A DNA stretch of 64,000 nt from Acidobacteriota bacterium (lineage in GTDB: Bacteria > Acidobacteriota > UBA890 > WLXD01). The number at the start of each line of letters is the position of its first letter. Within the stretch, counting starts at the first letter, position 1. A program made the translations under genes and the position numbers. The DNA is taken from NCBI GenBank assembly GCA_963666055.2, contig CAXWPH010000015.1, forward strand, positions 352,001 through 416,000. The letters run 5' to 3'. The notes under the pieces are model-generated. The model had not been told where the DNA came from. It did no database searches and worked only from the letters and a program-made list of their open reading frames with translations. Below are positions 49,090 to 59,557 of this stretch, piece by piece.

Positions 49090-51498
49090 GCGTTCACTAT
49101 TGGGGTCGTAAAGCGGCTGCTCGACGACCTGTGCGGAACGGCGCTCGCCGAGGATGCCTACCTCCAACTCGGTGCCAGGCTCGATGTAAGCGATCGGCAA
49201 GTAGGCGAAGCCGATCGACTTCTGAACGCTATGGCCATAGCCGCCCGACGCGATGTAGGCGATCGGTTTTCCGTCTGCGTAGATCGGCTCAAAGCCACGT
49301 GCATCCGCGTCATCGGCGTCGATGACGAGACCGGCGAGCTGGCGATCAACGCCTTTCTTCTTCTGCTCGAGGAGCGCGTCGCGGCCGATGAAATCGCCCT
49401 TCTCGAAATCGACGAAACGCTCCATTCCAGCCTGCAGCGGTGTCCAGTCCGCCGACATATCCGCTCCCCAGAGCCGGTACGCCTTCTCGAGCCGCATCGA
49501 CTCGAGCGCCCGATATCCCCAATCGACGATCCCGTACTGTGCACCCTCCTTCATCAACAGATCGTAGAGGTAACGCTGATATTCCATGGGTGTGTGCAGC
49601 TCGTAGCCGAGCTCACCGACGAATGAGACTCGCAACACCCTTACCGGCACTTTGTCGACGTGCAACTGCTTGCAACGGAAGAACCGGAACGCCTGATTGG
49701 AAATGTCGGTGTTGGTGAGCGGTTGGATGAGATCGCGTGACCGGGGTCCCGCCACCGTCAGGGTTGTAATGCTGCTGGTCGTGTTCACCAGGCTTACGCT
49801 GCCGTCGTCGGGCAGGTGGCGCTCGATCCACGCATGGTCGTGGAGCTCTGTCGCGGCGGCTGAGACGACATAGTAGTGACCCTCGGCGAGCCTGGTCACT
49901 GTTACATCGCATTCGATACCACCTTTCGGAGTGCACATCTGCGTCAGCGCGATGCGGCCGTCGCTCTTTGGAAGCCTGTTGGCGCAGAGGCGGTCGAGGA
50001 AGCTCTCGGCGCCTGGTCCCGAGACCTCGTACTTCGCAAAGCTCGACTGGTCGAGTACGCCGACGGTCGATCGAACCGCAGCGCACTCCTTGCCTACCGC
50101 ATCGTGCCAGTTTCCACGACGAAACGAATACTCGTCGCGCCTCGGTCCGTCCGGGTCAAACCACAGCGGACGCTCCCACCCGAATCGGGCGCCGAAGACG
50201 GCTCCCTTGGCGAGCAGTCGATCGTAGAGTGGATCCGTCTTCAAAGGCCGGCCAGCCGGGAGCTCCTCTTCGGGATAGTGAATCGCGTATTCGCGCCGAT
50301 AGACCTCGAGCGCACGTTCCGAGATGTAGCTGGAGGAGGCCGCGTAGTCATCGAACCGCCGCACGTCGAGCTCCCACATGTTGTCGCTCGGCTGTCCATC
50401 GACGATCCACTCCGCGGCGTATTTCCCAGCGCCACCACCAAAAACGATGCCGAAGATGCTGAAGCCCGCCAGGACGTGAAAGTTCGGCAGGCCCGGTACC
50501 GGACCCATGAGGCAGTGACCATCCGGCGTGTAACCGTCGGGTCCGTTGACGATGGTCTCGATCGGTGCATCAGCGAATATGGAAATGCGTTCGGCGCAGC
50601 CGAGGAGAGACTCTTCGAGGCGATCGGGCGCTGGCCTGAGCAGACAGCTGTGAAAATCGTCTGGGATTCCGTCGCCCCCCCATGTCACGGTGTCGTGCTC
50701 GAAGGGGCCGACGAGCAGAGCGCCCTCCTCCTCTCGAACGTAGAACGATGAATCGGGATCCCTCAGTACGGGCAACTCGCTGGTGAGGGCCTGCACCTCT
50801 TTCAGTGCCGTGGTGACGAGGTAATGGTGCTCGAGGGAAACAATCGGCAGGTCCAGTCCGACGAGGCGACCGATCTGTCTCGCCCATTGGCCCGCCGCAT
50901 TAACGATCACATCGGTACGGATCTCGCCCTTCGTCGTCTTCACGAGCCAACCATCACCATCTCGCTCGATCGCCGTTACCCCCGCGTGCCGGTGGATTTC
51001 GGCCCCCTCTGCCGTTGCTCCGCTGGCCAGCGCCCGGGTGACGCCAGAGGGATCCACGTGGCCATCGGTCGGAATGTGAGCGATGGCAAGCGCATCGTCG
51101 AAGTTCGCAAGCGGGAAGAGCTCGTGAGCTTGCGCGGGAGTGATGATGTTGAACGGAATACCGAGTGTCTCGGCGATGCCCTTACGGTTGTTGAACTCGT
51201 CGAGACGATCCTCTGTCGTGCCGATCCGGAGGCTGCCGCACTGATGGAAGTCGACCGCCTGTCCGGTTTCGGCCTCGAGCCGCTTGTACAGATCGATGCT
51301 GTACTGGAGGAGTTTCATCAAGTTCCAGCTCGAGATCATCTGCGTGCACAGACCCGCTGCGTGCCACGTCGAGCCGCTCGTCAGCTCGTCCTTTTCGACC
51401 AGGACAACGTTCTTCCATCCCAGCTTCGTCAGGTGATAGAGAACACTGCAGCCTGCTATCCCTCCTCCGATGACCACCGCTTGCGCTTCGTTTCGCAC
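49078..51498 (-). CDS. GcvT-family FAD-dependent oxidoreductase (dimethylglycine dehydrogenase-like)
   Basis: GGGIAG, SGSTWHAAG, YTPDG, GWERP, RVSFVGELGYE, RLEKAY. Confidence 0.92.
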   Translation of the reverse strand: MRNEAQAVVIGGGIAGCSVLYHLTKLGWKNVVLVEKDELTSGSTWHAAGLCTQMISSWNLMKLLQYSIDLYKRLEAETGQAVDFHQCGSLRIGTTEDRLDEFNNRKGIAETLGIPFNIITPAQAHELFPLANFDDALAIAHIPTDGHVDPSGVTRALASGATAEGAEIHRHAGVTAIERDGDGWLVKTTKGEIRTDVIVNAAGQWARQIGRLVGLDLPIVSLEHHYLVTTALKEVQALTSELPVLRDPDSSFYVREEEGALLVGPFEHDTVTWGGDGIPDDFHSCLLRPAPDRLEESLLGCAERISIFADAPIETIVNGPDGYTPDGHCLMGPVPGLPNFHVLAGFSIFGIVFGGGAGKYAAEWIVDGQPSDNMWELDVRRFDDYAASSSYISERALEVYRREYAIHYPEEELPAGRPLKTDPLYDRLLAKGAVFGARFGWERPLWFDPDGPRRDEYSFRRGNWHDAVGKECAAVRSTVGVLDQSSFAKYEVSGPGAESFLDRLCANRLPKSDGRIALTQMCTPKGGIECDVTVTRLAEGHYYVVSAAATELHDHAWIERHLPDDGSVSLVNTTSSITTLTVAGPRSRDLIQPLTNTDISNQAFRFFRCKQLHVDKVPVRVLRVSFVGELGYELHTPMEYQRYLYDLLMKEGAQYGIVDWGYRALESMRLEKAYRLWGADMSADWTPLQAGMERFVDFEKGDFIGRDALLEQKKKGVDRQLAGLVIDADDADARGFEPIYADGKPIAYIASGGYGHSVQKSIGFAYLPIAYIEPGTELEVGILGERRSAQVVEQPLYDPNSERLLS

Positions 51499-51524
51499 CT
51501 TCCTCTTCCTCTCTCGGGTAACTG

Positions 51525-51803
51525 CTAGCAGGCCGTGGTGAAAGTGTGGTGGGTCTGGTTACGGCGAGTTGGGGCCAGATGCAAGGCGGCCTGACACAGG
51601 CGATGCCCTAGCCATCGTCGAGGAAGGCCAACGCTGCAGATGGCCCCAAATCGCCGTAACCCTTCGGGCGACAGGGGGTTGCGCGCGCATGCTGCGTCGT
51701 TCCTCGTCAACGATGGGGTATCCATCGCCTCCTCCTCTCTCCTTGCCTCCACTTCGCAAGACCCTGTCGCCAGACCCACCACACTTTCACCACGGCCTGC
51801 TAG
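51525..51803. mobile_element. MITE-like element, copy 3 (279 bp)
   Basis: Perfect TIRs with CTAG at both ends. Confidence 0.88.
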
Positions 51804-51824
51804 GTCCCGAAGCGTGCCTCTACA

Positions 51825-52619
51825 TCAGGGCCTGGTTGCCCGGAAGTTGATGCCGACGGTGCCAAACTCGCTGGCGCTAGATGCCTGCGGGGCGCCGTCG
51901 AAGACCTCCGCCTTCCAGGTGATCTCGAAGTCGGTGAAACCCGCCGCGACGACCGTCGCCTCGAGCTCTGCTTCCAGCAGAGCGCCGGCGATTCAGCCGG
52001 TCCACAAATCGATCTTCTGTTTCGCCGCCTCCGGTACTTCTCGGCTTACCAGAATGTCGCCGATCTGCAGCCGACCGCCGGGGCGCAGCACGCGGAACAT
52101 CTCACCCAGGGTCTGTTGCTTGTCGGGCGTCAGGTTGAGCACGCCGTTGGAGATCACCACGTCGGCCCAGCCGTCGGGCACCGGGATCTCCTCCATGTAG
52201 GCCTCGCGGAACTCGACGTTATCGATGCCCGACTCGACGGCGGCGGCCCGCGCCCGCTCGAGCATCGCCGGGGTCATTTCGATGCCCACAACCTCGCCGT
52301 CTGGGCCGACCATGCGAGCGGCGACGAGCGAGTCGATACCCGCGCCCGAGCCAATGTCGACCACTCGCTCACCAGAAGCCAACTCGCCCATGGCAAAGGG
52401 GTTGCCGGTGCCGGCAAACGATTCGATGGCCGATTCCGAGACACCTTCGAGCCACTCGTCCTTGTAGCCGACGATCTTGGTCAGCGGGCGGCCGGTGTGG
52501 AAGTGGAATCCCTTGCCGGGGTTCTCAGCCACTACCGCGTATTCGTCCTGGATGGCTTTGCGCAGGGTGTCGGTATCGACATCGATAGCTCGGGCCACCA
52601 GCGAACGGTCTGCCGTCAT
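51825..52619 (-). CDS. ArsM-like SAM-dependent methyltransferase, probable selenoprotein (UGA codon 209)
   Basis: RBS AAGGAG; VVDIGSGAG; LWTG-UGA-IAGAL continues 55 codons to TGA at 51825-51827. Confidence 0.85.
51956..51992 (-). promoter_or_regulatory. Bacterial SECIS-like stem-loop
   Basis: UGA-AUCGCCGGC-GCUCUGCU-GGA-AGCAGAGC-UCGA-GGCGA: 8-bp upper stem, lower UCGCC/GGCGA stem, G-first loop 17 nt after UGA. Confidence 0.75.
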
Positions 52620-52799
52620 CGGTTCTCTCCTTGTCTCATCCAGCAGGAATTGAACGATACCCTGAGACGTTCGACGCTGCCGACGCACGATGCTGCAGAA
52701 GACGCGCTGCTCAACCTCCGCGCCCTCGGAACCGATGAGACGGAGAGGGTGTTAGCTCTTGGCCAGGGCCACCCTCGCAACACCGGCCAATATGATCAG

Positions 52800-55222
52800 T
52801 CACTTGGCGTTGAGGCGCGCCAGGGCGTCGTCGAGATGACGACGATACGCCTCACGATCCTCCGGCCTCAACCAGGCGTCTCTTTGATCCACACGACGCC
52901 AGATCTCCTCGATCACCGCGGTCAGGAACTCGGCGGACGCCCGTGATGCATCGTTCGGCAGCGCGCCGGCGAAGTAGACCGGCGTCGTGTGCGCGAAGGT
53001 GTAGTTGTCTCCGGAATAGCGGGCTTTGCCGCCCCGGGCCCGCACCGCGACCCAGCGCGCGCCACTTACCGGTATGGACTCGCTAGCTTCCAGCCGATTC
53101 TGTCGTGGCGACACGGGTACCGTGTGCACAACGCGTCCATCGACGATGATCTCGACCACGTCCACCGGGGCGATGGTCGCGAGGTCGACGGACACCGTCG
53201 CGCGATGGCGCGCGCTGATCTCCGAACCGGGCTCGTGACCGTCCACCTCGGCGAACAAGAGCGGTCCGTTGGTAGCCACAGTGCGGCCGGCGCGGACCGC
53301 CTCGATCCAGTCACCCCAGGTGAGCGGGCCGTCCAGTCGAGCGTAGGTGCGCGCCGTTCCACCGGACGGGTCGCGCCAGACGTTGGAGAAGTTGTCGGTG
53401 CCCCCGGTGGCGGCCAGCCGGATGCCGACGTTGAGCATGTGGTAGTAGATCGCGGCGCTGGCCATCTCGTCCGACGCGGTGGACACCACGTCGTAGAAGT
53501 TACCGCGCCCCAGGATGGCGTGGATGGGAATGTCGGATTGAGCGGCACCAACGGGCGTGGCGACGCTGGCGCTGTTGCCGGTGTAGGGGTGCAGGAACCC
53601 ACCGATTCCACCGAGGGCCTTGATGGCATCCAGATATGTGAGCTTGAGGCCATCCGCGGGGTACGGGGATCCATCGGTGCCGCCGATGAGGGGCATGATG
53701 AAGTCCTCCGCGCCCCGAGCAACGCCACGTGTCCGAAGGATCCGCGGAACTCCTGGCTGTACCGCAGGATGGTGTCGTCGCTGGATCCGGAGTAATCCTG
53801 GCCCGTGAGGTCGCTCCATCGACCCATGATCTTGGTGCCATCCATGTGGATCAGATCATTGGCAACGTGAAGATCGTCGGCCCGCAACTGATCGAAGAAC
53901 TCCTGCTGGGTGAGGCCCCAGCGTCCCTCGTGCAAATCGTGCACGTGGGTGTCGCCCGACACCCAGTCAGATTGCCGCGGATCAGAGAGGCGCTCCATTC
54001 GGAGCTCGACCGTCGTGGTCTCGCCCGCCGCGGCGCGCACCGTGACGTCCGCCGGAACCCACTCGAACCCCCGGATCGCCTCGACCCGCACCTCTCCGGC
54101 CGGCACGGTAACCTCGAACTGGCCGGTCGAATGGAAGTAGTGGATCTCGTTGGCCGGACTGACGCGATGAAAGGCGTTGTTCGGGACGTAGCCGCGTCCG
54201 TCCGAGGCCAGGAGCTGGATTCGGGCCGGGACGATCGCGCCGTCCGGTCCGGTCACGCGTCCGCGCAAAGTCGCGCCGTCGTAGCGCGGTGACAGGCGGA
54301 CCTGCGTAAGCCGTTCCCACGCTTGATTGCCGCCGCCGAAACGAGACGTCACAAACAGAACGGTAGGGCCGTCCTGATTGCCGACGAACGCTACGCGCTC
54401 GCCGTCGGGACTCACCGCCGGGGCGAACTCGTCCAGAGGCTGCGAGGTCAGGCGAACGGGGTTGCCGCCCGCCGAGGGCACCGTCGCCAGGTCGTAGGAT
54501 CCGGCGGTGTCGGAGGCGAACACCAGGGCCGAGCCATCCGGCGTCCACGCGGGGGCCGCCCGGTAGCTGGTTTCTTCGTAGTGCACCAGCCGGGGCTCGC
54601 CGCCGGTCATCGGGACCATCCAGATCCCTCCGCTGCCGAGGCGTCCGCTCACCCTTGCGATGAACGCGAGCTGCGAGCCGTCGGGGGACAGCGCCGGCTG
54701 GAACTGGTGCCCGGCGCCGCCGACCACGGTGTCGACCGCACCGGTCGCCACCTCGTACCGCAGGATATCGAAATCCCCTCCGCGTGCCGACGCGAAGACG
54801 ATGAATCGCCCATCGGGAGTCCAGGCGGGTTGAATGTCCACCGCGGCGTCGGAGGTCAGGCGCCGGAACCCCGTGCCGTCGGCCCGAACCACAGCGATAT
54901 CGAGATCGCCGTCCGTGTCTACCGCGAGGGCGACCCATTCACCGTCCCGGCTCCACGCCGGCTCGAAGTGATAGCCGGGACCCTGGGTGATGGCCCGGGC
55001 GTGCTCCGTCCCGATGCTCTGAACCCAGATGTCGCCACGCATCGAGTAGGCCAGCGTCGAGCCGTCCGGGTGCCAGCTCGGATCGAGCGGTCCGCTGGTG
55101 ACGGCCGGGAGCATGTGGAGCTCCACCCGGGTCGAAAGCCCGTATCGGGGTAGCTGGGCGGCCGCGGAGGAGGAGAGGAAGATCCATGCGACACAAGCCA
55201 ACGACAGGAATCTACACGGCAT
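52800..55222 (-). CDS. TolB-like propeller fused to CehA/McbA metallohydrolase, frameshift near 53715
   Basis: PD40 repeats, SGDTHVH; continuation frame has GGTD, GRTVATNGP, FAHTTPVY. Confidence 0.8.
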
Positions 55223-55400
55223 GCAAGCATCCGGGGTCTGCGGCCAAGAATCTGAGCATCATTGTAATGAGATCCTCGCGACCCTGGTCTTGTCGGACCC
55301 TCAGCCCTCAATCCTACCGGGCCACGTCACCCGCGCACCCGGTCAGCACCGTCGCCTGACGCTCGGGGCCCAGGATTGCCGATCAGCCGAGAATATATAT

Positions 55401-55436
55401 ATATTCCTTGACAAGAATATTCTTCTATATGAATAT
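55401..55436 (+). promoter_or_regulatory. ArsR-type operator pair overlapping a TTGACA promoter
   Basis: ATATTC-N8-GAATAT at 55401-55420 and 55417-55436; TTGACA 55408-55413; AT-rich. Confidence 0.75.
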
Positions 55437-55442
55437 TCATGG

Positions 55443-55754
55443 ATGATTGAAACGTTGGTCGCGCTCGCCGAGCCTAACCGTTTGCGTATCATCGAACTGT
55501 TGCGTGACGGACCGCGTCCGGTGGGCGAAATCGGCGACCGACTTCGACTGCGCCAGCCGCAAACGTCAAAGCACCTGCGAGTCTTGAAAGAAGCCGGGCT
55601 CGTCGACGTGCGCCCGGACGCACAGCGCCGCGTGTACCAGCTGCGTGCTCAGCCGCTTCGTGATCTCGACACCTGGCTGGAGCCCTATCGCCAGTACTGG
55701 AGCGCACGGCTCGACGCTCTGGAGACCATGCTCCGGAGTGACTCCAAGGAGTGA
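55443..55754 (+). CDS. ArsR/SmtB family regulator
   Basis: ALAEPNRLRIIELL..QPQTSKHLRVLKEAGLV. Confidence 0.92.
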   Translation: MIETLVALAEPNRLRIIELLRDGPRPVGEIGDRLRLRQPQTSKHLRVLKEAGLVDVRPDAQRRVYQLRAQPLRDLDTWLEPYRQYWSARLDALETMLRSDSKE

Positions 55755-55758
55755 ACCC

Positions 55759-56205
55759 ATGAGCTCGACCGTGCCTGCAATCAAGATGACGCGGACGATC
55801 AATGCCCCCGTCGCCAAAGTGTTCGAGGCGTGGACCGACGCGGCTCAGCTGAAGCGTTGGCTCGCACCCCATCCCTACGAGGTGCGCGAAGCGACCGCAG
55901 ACGCCCGACCGGGCGGTCGTTACCGAATCGTCGTGGCGACCGTGGACGACGGGCCTCACACGACGACGGGCGAGTACTTGGAGGTGGAGCCGGGGCGCCG
56001 CCTGGTGATGACGTGGTTCTACGAGGGCCCCTTGGGTAAAGACGAAACGCCCTCGGTGGTCACCGTTGATTTTCTTGAAGTTGCTCCAGGAGCGACCGAG
56101 GTCACTTTGACCCATGCCGAGCTCCGCAGCGACGAAGGTGGCCGCGAGGGCTGGACTCTGATCCTGGACAAGCTCGCGGCACTCTTCGACGGTGCGGAGA
56201 AGTAA
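55759..56205 (+). CDS. SRPBCC/AHSA1 domain protein
   Basis: APVAKVFEAWTD..GEYLEVEP..EGW..ILDKL. Confidence 0.88.
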   Translation: MSSTVPAIKMTRTINAPVAKVFEAWTDAAQLKRWLAPHPYEVREATADARPGGRYRIVVATVDDGPHTTTGEYLEVEPGRRLVMTWFYEGPLGKDETPSVVTVDFLEVAPGATEVTLTHAELRSDEGGREGWTLILDKLAALFDGAEK

Positions 56206-56263
56206 TTCGACCCGCGGTGCGACGCGGCGGCTTCACTCGGCAGCACCCGTGCGGCTCAGAGGC

Positions 56264-56812
56264 TCAGCGCAGGCGACCACAGACAACCGACTTGATTCGT
56301 AGCACCGTATTCCAGTTCCGGGCTGTGCCGCGGCTGGCCAGCGCCTTCTCGATCACAGCACCGGTGAGGCGAGAGCGGCCTATGCCATTTGGATATACGA
56401 CGTACGCCTGCTTGCCGCGGGCGCGAATCAGCTCAGGCCCTTTGATGGACGACTGGAGCGACCCCACGGCCCGGGCCGACGGTGCCTTCTTGAGAAACAT
56501 GACGCCGAGCTTGCTCGGCTCGCTCTGCGCAGCTCGCATGAAAGGGTTGCGTTGGACAAGCGCCTCCCACTGCTTCGAGGACCGGACGAAGAAGTCCGTC
56601 TCGAGATCGAGCTCACTCTGGGCCCGAGTCTCCAGAATGCTCTCGAGCTCCCCGGCTCCCGAACTGCTCGTAAATACGACATTCCCGCTCTGCAGTAATG
56701 TCTGCACGGGCCCGTACCCGAGCGCCGAGAACAGGCTGCGTAAGTCACTCATGGCAACGGGCCGACTGCCGCCGACATTGACCGCGCGCAGAAGCGCAAC
56801 GTAAGTCATCAT
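56264..56812 (-). CDS. DUF1697 family protein
   Basis: YVALLRAVNVGG, QSGNVVF, TARNWNT. Confidence 0.9.
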   Translation of the reverse strand: MMTYVALLRAVNVGGSRPVAMSDLRSLFSALGYGPVQTLLQSGNVVFTSSSGAGELESILETRAQSELDLETDFFVRSSKQWEALVQRNPFMRAAQSEPSKLGVMFLKKAPSARAVGSLQSSIKGPELIRARGKQAYVVYPNGIGRSRLTGAVIEKALASRGTARNWNTVLRIKSVVCGRLR

Positions 56813-57471
56813 CTTTTCAGCACCCTGCTAGCGCTGCGATGCCTCTCGATCCAAGCCGCCCACGGTGGTAGCAGCCACAAGATCAGCGCGCCCGCCGCCA
56901 CCGCAGTCGCCGATCCGGGTAGCGGGGCCCACGGCTGGGTGACCCATATCAGTCCGGTCAGACCCACCAGAGCGATAAGAGCCCATGTGCCTATACGGTC
57001 GCGGGCGGAGCTGGCACCGACGTAAAGCCAGAGACCCCCAGCGAGCAGGCCGGCTTCGACGAGAACCGTGCCAGGAATGGAGTTCCAGAGTCCGAGGCCC
57101 ACCAACGGGCCACCCGGCCAAAGCGGTAGGTCTGGTCGGTGCGTGATCAGGTCCAGAGCCCAATGACTCAGAACTAGCAGGCCGAGCACCACACCGGCCC
57201 GCCACGAGCCAAACAGCCGGCGCCCGAGGAACGCCACGACTCCCGACCATCCGATGACCGCCAGGAGACTGTGACTCCAGGGGTAAGAGGCGAAGGCGAG
57301 ATTCGTGAACGCGGTATCGCCCGGGTTGATCCGAACGGTCTCGAATCCAAGCAAGAGCAAGACTGGCCACAGCAGGTCGAGTCCAAAGGCGGCGGCGACC
57401 GATGCTCCCAAAGGCAGTCGCGGCTCCACCTTCTTGGTACCCAGCGCAACCGCCAGATGACCGACGAACAT
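56809..57471 (-). CDS. Membrane-bound metal-dependent hydrolase-like protein
   Basis: MFVGH, DLLWP, YPWSHSL, SHWALDLITHRPDL. Confidence 0.8.
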   Translation of the reverse strand: MFVGHLAVALGTKKVEPRLPLGASVAAAFGLDLLWPVLLLLGFETVRINPGDTAFTNLAFASYPWSHSLLAVIGWSGVVAFLGRRLFGSWRAGVVLGLLVLSHWALDLITHRPDLPLWPGGPLVGLGLWNSIPGTVLVEAGLLAGGLWLYVGASSARDRIGTWALIALVGLTGLIWVTQPWAPLPGSATAVAAGALILWLLPPWAAWIERHRSASRVLKR

Positions 57472-57497
57472 GATCCACCTCCCTTGTCGTCAGTGCG

Positions 57498-57521
57498 GCC
57501 TAACGGCCCGGAGTTCAGCGG
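57498..57521 (-). other. attC-like right half (core GTTAGGC)
   Basis: Minus strand CCGCTGAACTCCGGGCCGTTAGGC directly before the RBS and ATG of the 57471 gene. Confidence 0.5.
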
Positions 57522-57559
57522 TCAGGATCGAGAGCCGGAGCATCTGGACCGGCCCATGG

Positions 57560-57919
57560 CTACTTCTCCGACCAGACTGCGAGCTCGTGGCCTGATGGAT
57601 CGCGAAAGTGAAAGCGCCTGCCGCCAGGGAACTCGTAGGCCTCCTTCACTACTGTGCCGCCATTGGCGACCACATCCTCCTCGACCCGCGAGAGATCGAC
57701 CGCATAGAGGACTATGAGAAGACCACCAGGCACCACCGTCGAAGACCCTGCGAAACCACCGGACAGGCGACCATCGTCGAAGCTCGCGTAGTCGGGCCCC
57801 CAGTCCGTGAATGACCAACCGAAGACGCTTGAATAAAAGCGCTTTGCCTCGTTGATGTCGAGGACAGGGAACTCGATGTAATCAATTCGGAGGTCATGAT
57901 CTTCTTGACCCATTGGCAA
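57560..57919 (-). CDS. VOC/glyoxalase family protein
   Basis: IDYIEF..AKRFY..FGW..FPGGRRFHFRDPSG. Confidence 0.9.
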   Translation of the reverse strand: MPMGQEDHDLRIDYIEFPVLDINEAKRFYSSVFGWSFTDWGPDYASFDDGRLSGGFAGSSTVVPGGLLIVLYAVDLSRVEEDVVANGGTVVKEAYEFPGGRRFHFRDPSGHELAVWSEK

Positions 57920-58153
57920 TCTCCCGGATTGGGTGGTTGGAAAGCGGCCGACGCTACAGGGCTCGCCAGATTCATCGCAAGTCGCGAACCGCCTCCTCGT
58001 CAGCGGAGCGTTATTGCTCGCGGATCAATCGTCCTACCAGCGTGCATCTCCATCGAGAAGTACGGATGCTCGGGATGCGCTGTCTCGTAGAACGCGAATC
58101 GGTCCACGCCCGACATCATGCGCAGCATCGCTTGCTAGAGAGCCTCCGCTCTG

Positions 58154-58173
58154 TGTAGCATTACAGTGCTACA
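58154..58173. promoter_or_regulatory. TA operator palindrome
   Basis: TGTAGCA-ttacag-TGCTACA just upstream of the antitoxin RBS. Confidence 0.7.
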
Positions 58174-58183
58174 GGAGGCGACA

Positions 58184-58411
58184 ATGGTTAGGAACGTAAC
58201 GCTCCGCCGTATGGGCGGCTCCGTCGGTGCCACTCTCCCCAAGGATATGGCTGACCGATTCCATTTGGCTGCGGGCGACGAAATCATGGCCGTCGAGACG
58301 GCGCACGGAATTCTACTCACTCCCTACGATCCCGACGTTGAGGAGGGCCTCCAGATCGCCGCCGAGGCTCAGAAACGGTATCAGAACGCACTCCGTGAAC
58401 TGGCCAAGTGA
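58184..58411 (+). CDS. AbrB/MazE-type antitoxin
   Basis: LRRMGGSVGATLPK..YQNALRELAK; GTGA overlap with toxin. Confidence 0.88.
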   Translation: MVRNVTLRRMGGSVGATLPKDMADRFHLAAGDEIMAVETAHGILLTPYDPDVEEGLQIAAEAQKRYQNALRELAK

Positions 58412-58809
58412 GTGCTGCTGAGCCGCGGTGGGTGCCGCGGCTCGTCGTCGAGGCTGCACATCTGGATCAGATCCGCGAGCACGGTGGTCTGATCGGAATC
58501 CGAGACGACAATGCGCTCGAGTCAGCTCTCGCTCGGGCACGACAACGCTGGTCCTATGAGCCTCAGGTCGACCTGCCACGCCTCGCGGCAGACGACGCGT
58601 TTGGGATTGCCTCGAACCACCCGTTTCAAGACGGGAACAAGCGCACTGCGTTCCTCGCCGCCGTCATCTTCCTCGGACTGAACGGCCTCGATTTCATCGC
58701 CCCAGAGGACGAGGTGGTTGCTCGGATGATCAGTCTAGCCTCCGGCGACATTGGCGAAGAGGACATCGCAGATTGGATCCGCTCACGAGTCAAATCCAGG
58801 GGTCTGTAG
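58408..58809 (+). CDS. doc: Death-on-curing (Fic/Doc) toxin
   Basis: HPFQDGNKRTA motif. Confidence 0.9.
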   Translation: MSAAEPRWVPRLVVEAAHLDQIREHGGLIGIRDDNALESALARARQRWSYEPQVDLPRLAADDAFGIASNHPFQDGNKRTAFLAAVIFLGLNGLDFIAPEDEVVARMISLASGDIGEEDIADWIRSRVKSRGL

Positions 58810-58943
58810 GCGAGGCTTCATCGCAGCTCCGAGATAAGAGTAATTGGGGGCTTGGCGACCGTAGTTTTCTCGTCAGCGAATGGTACTGCGAAGGGGAATG
58901 GCGCTGAAATCGCGCGCCGCATGAAGACAGGTAGGAGAACGCG

Positions 58944-59408
58944 GTGCTTGATCCGATTGTTAGAACCATTGAAGTTCCCTGCAGCCAAGAAGCAGCATTC
59001 CGGGTGTTTGTGAACGAAATGGACAGTTGGTGGCCCCTGGACAGCTTCACAGTGTCAGCAATAGGTGGCCAGGCCGCCAAGTCGATACGCGTAGAACCGA
59101 AGCAGGGCGGCAAGATAGTGGAGATAGGCCCCGATGACGCTGAGCATCTGTGGGGCACGATCAAGTCATACGACCCGTATTCCTTTGTCAGCATGGACTT
59201 CCACATACCCCAACCAGGCGAACAAGTAGCGTCCAGAAGCCTTGTTGAAGTGCGGTTTATCGCTCTTGGAGAGGAACAAACACGCGTCGAACTCACCCAG
59301 AGTAATTGGGAAGCATTTGGTGAGAGGGCTGCTGACATGCGCGGTGGTTACGGCGGCGGTTGGAGCCTTATTTTCGAGCAGGCATTCAAATCCGCTTGCG
59401 GTGGCTGA
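58944..59408 (+). CDS. SRPBCC domain protein
   Basis: AFRVF...WWP..TRVELTQSNWE..GGW. Confidence 0.82.
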   Translation: MLDPIVRTIEVPCSQEAAFRVFVNEMDSWWPLDSFTVSAIGGQAAKSIRVEPKQGGKIVEIGPDDAEHLWGTIKSYDPYSFVSMDFHIPQPGEQVASRSLVEVRFIALGEEQTRVELTQSNWEAFGERAADMRGGYGGGWSLIFEQAFKSACGG

Positions 59409-59557
59409 CCCGTGGCGCCGTTGACAGCGTAGATCTAGTTGTAGCGCTGGTAGGCTCTACGCAAGTGGCCATGCTAGTGGCAAAGACGGGCCCGTTGTGG
59501 CCGCGCGCCAGGGCGGTCCAGTCGTGGCCGCGCAGCGCCGCGGCACCCTGTCATGTC

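Noticed and set aside
25398-51803. CRISPR or DGR interpretation of the repeats
   Set aside because: Repeats are dispersed with no spacers; no cas or reverse transcriptase gene; differences are not adenine-specific
280-53730. Programmed frameshifting at about 300, 6213, 46065 and 53715
   Set aside because: No shared slippery motif; scattered small indels are better explained by sequencing error or recent decay
59400-59450. Other TGA-terminated genes as selenoproteins (e.g. SRPBCC ending ACGG*)
   Set aside because: Domains look complete at the stop, with no convincing continuation or SECIS-like hairpin
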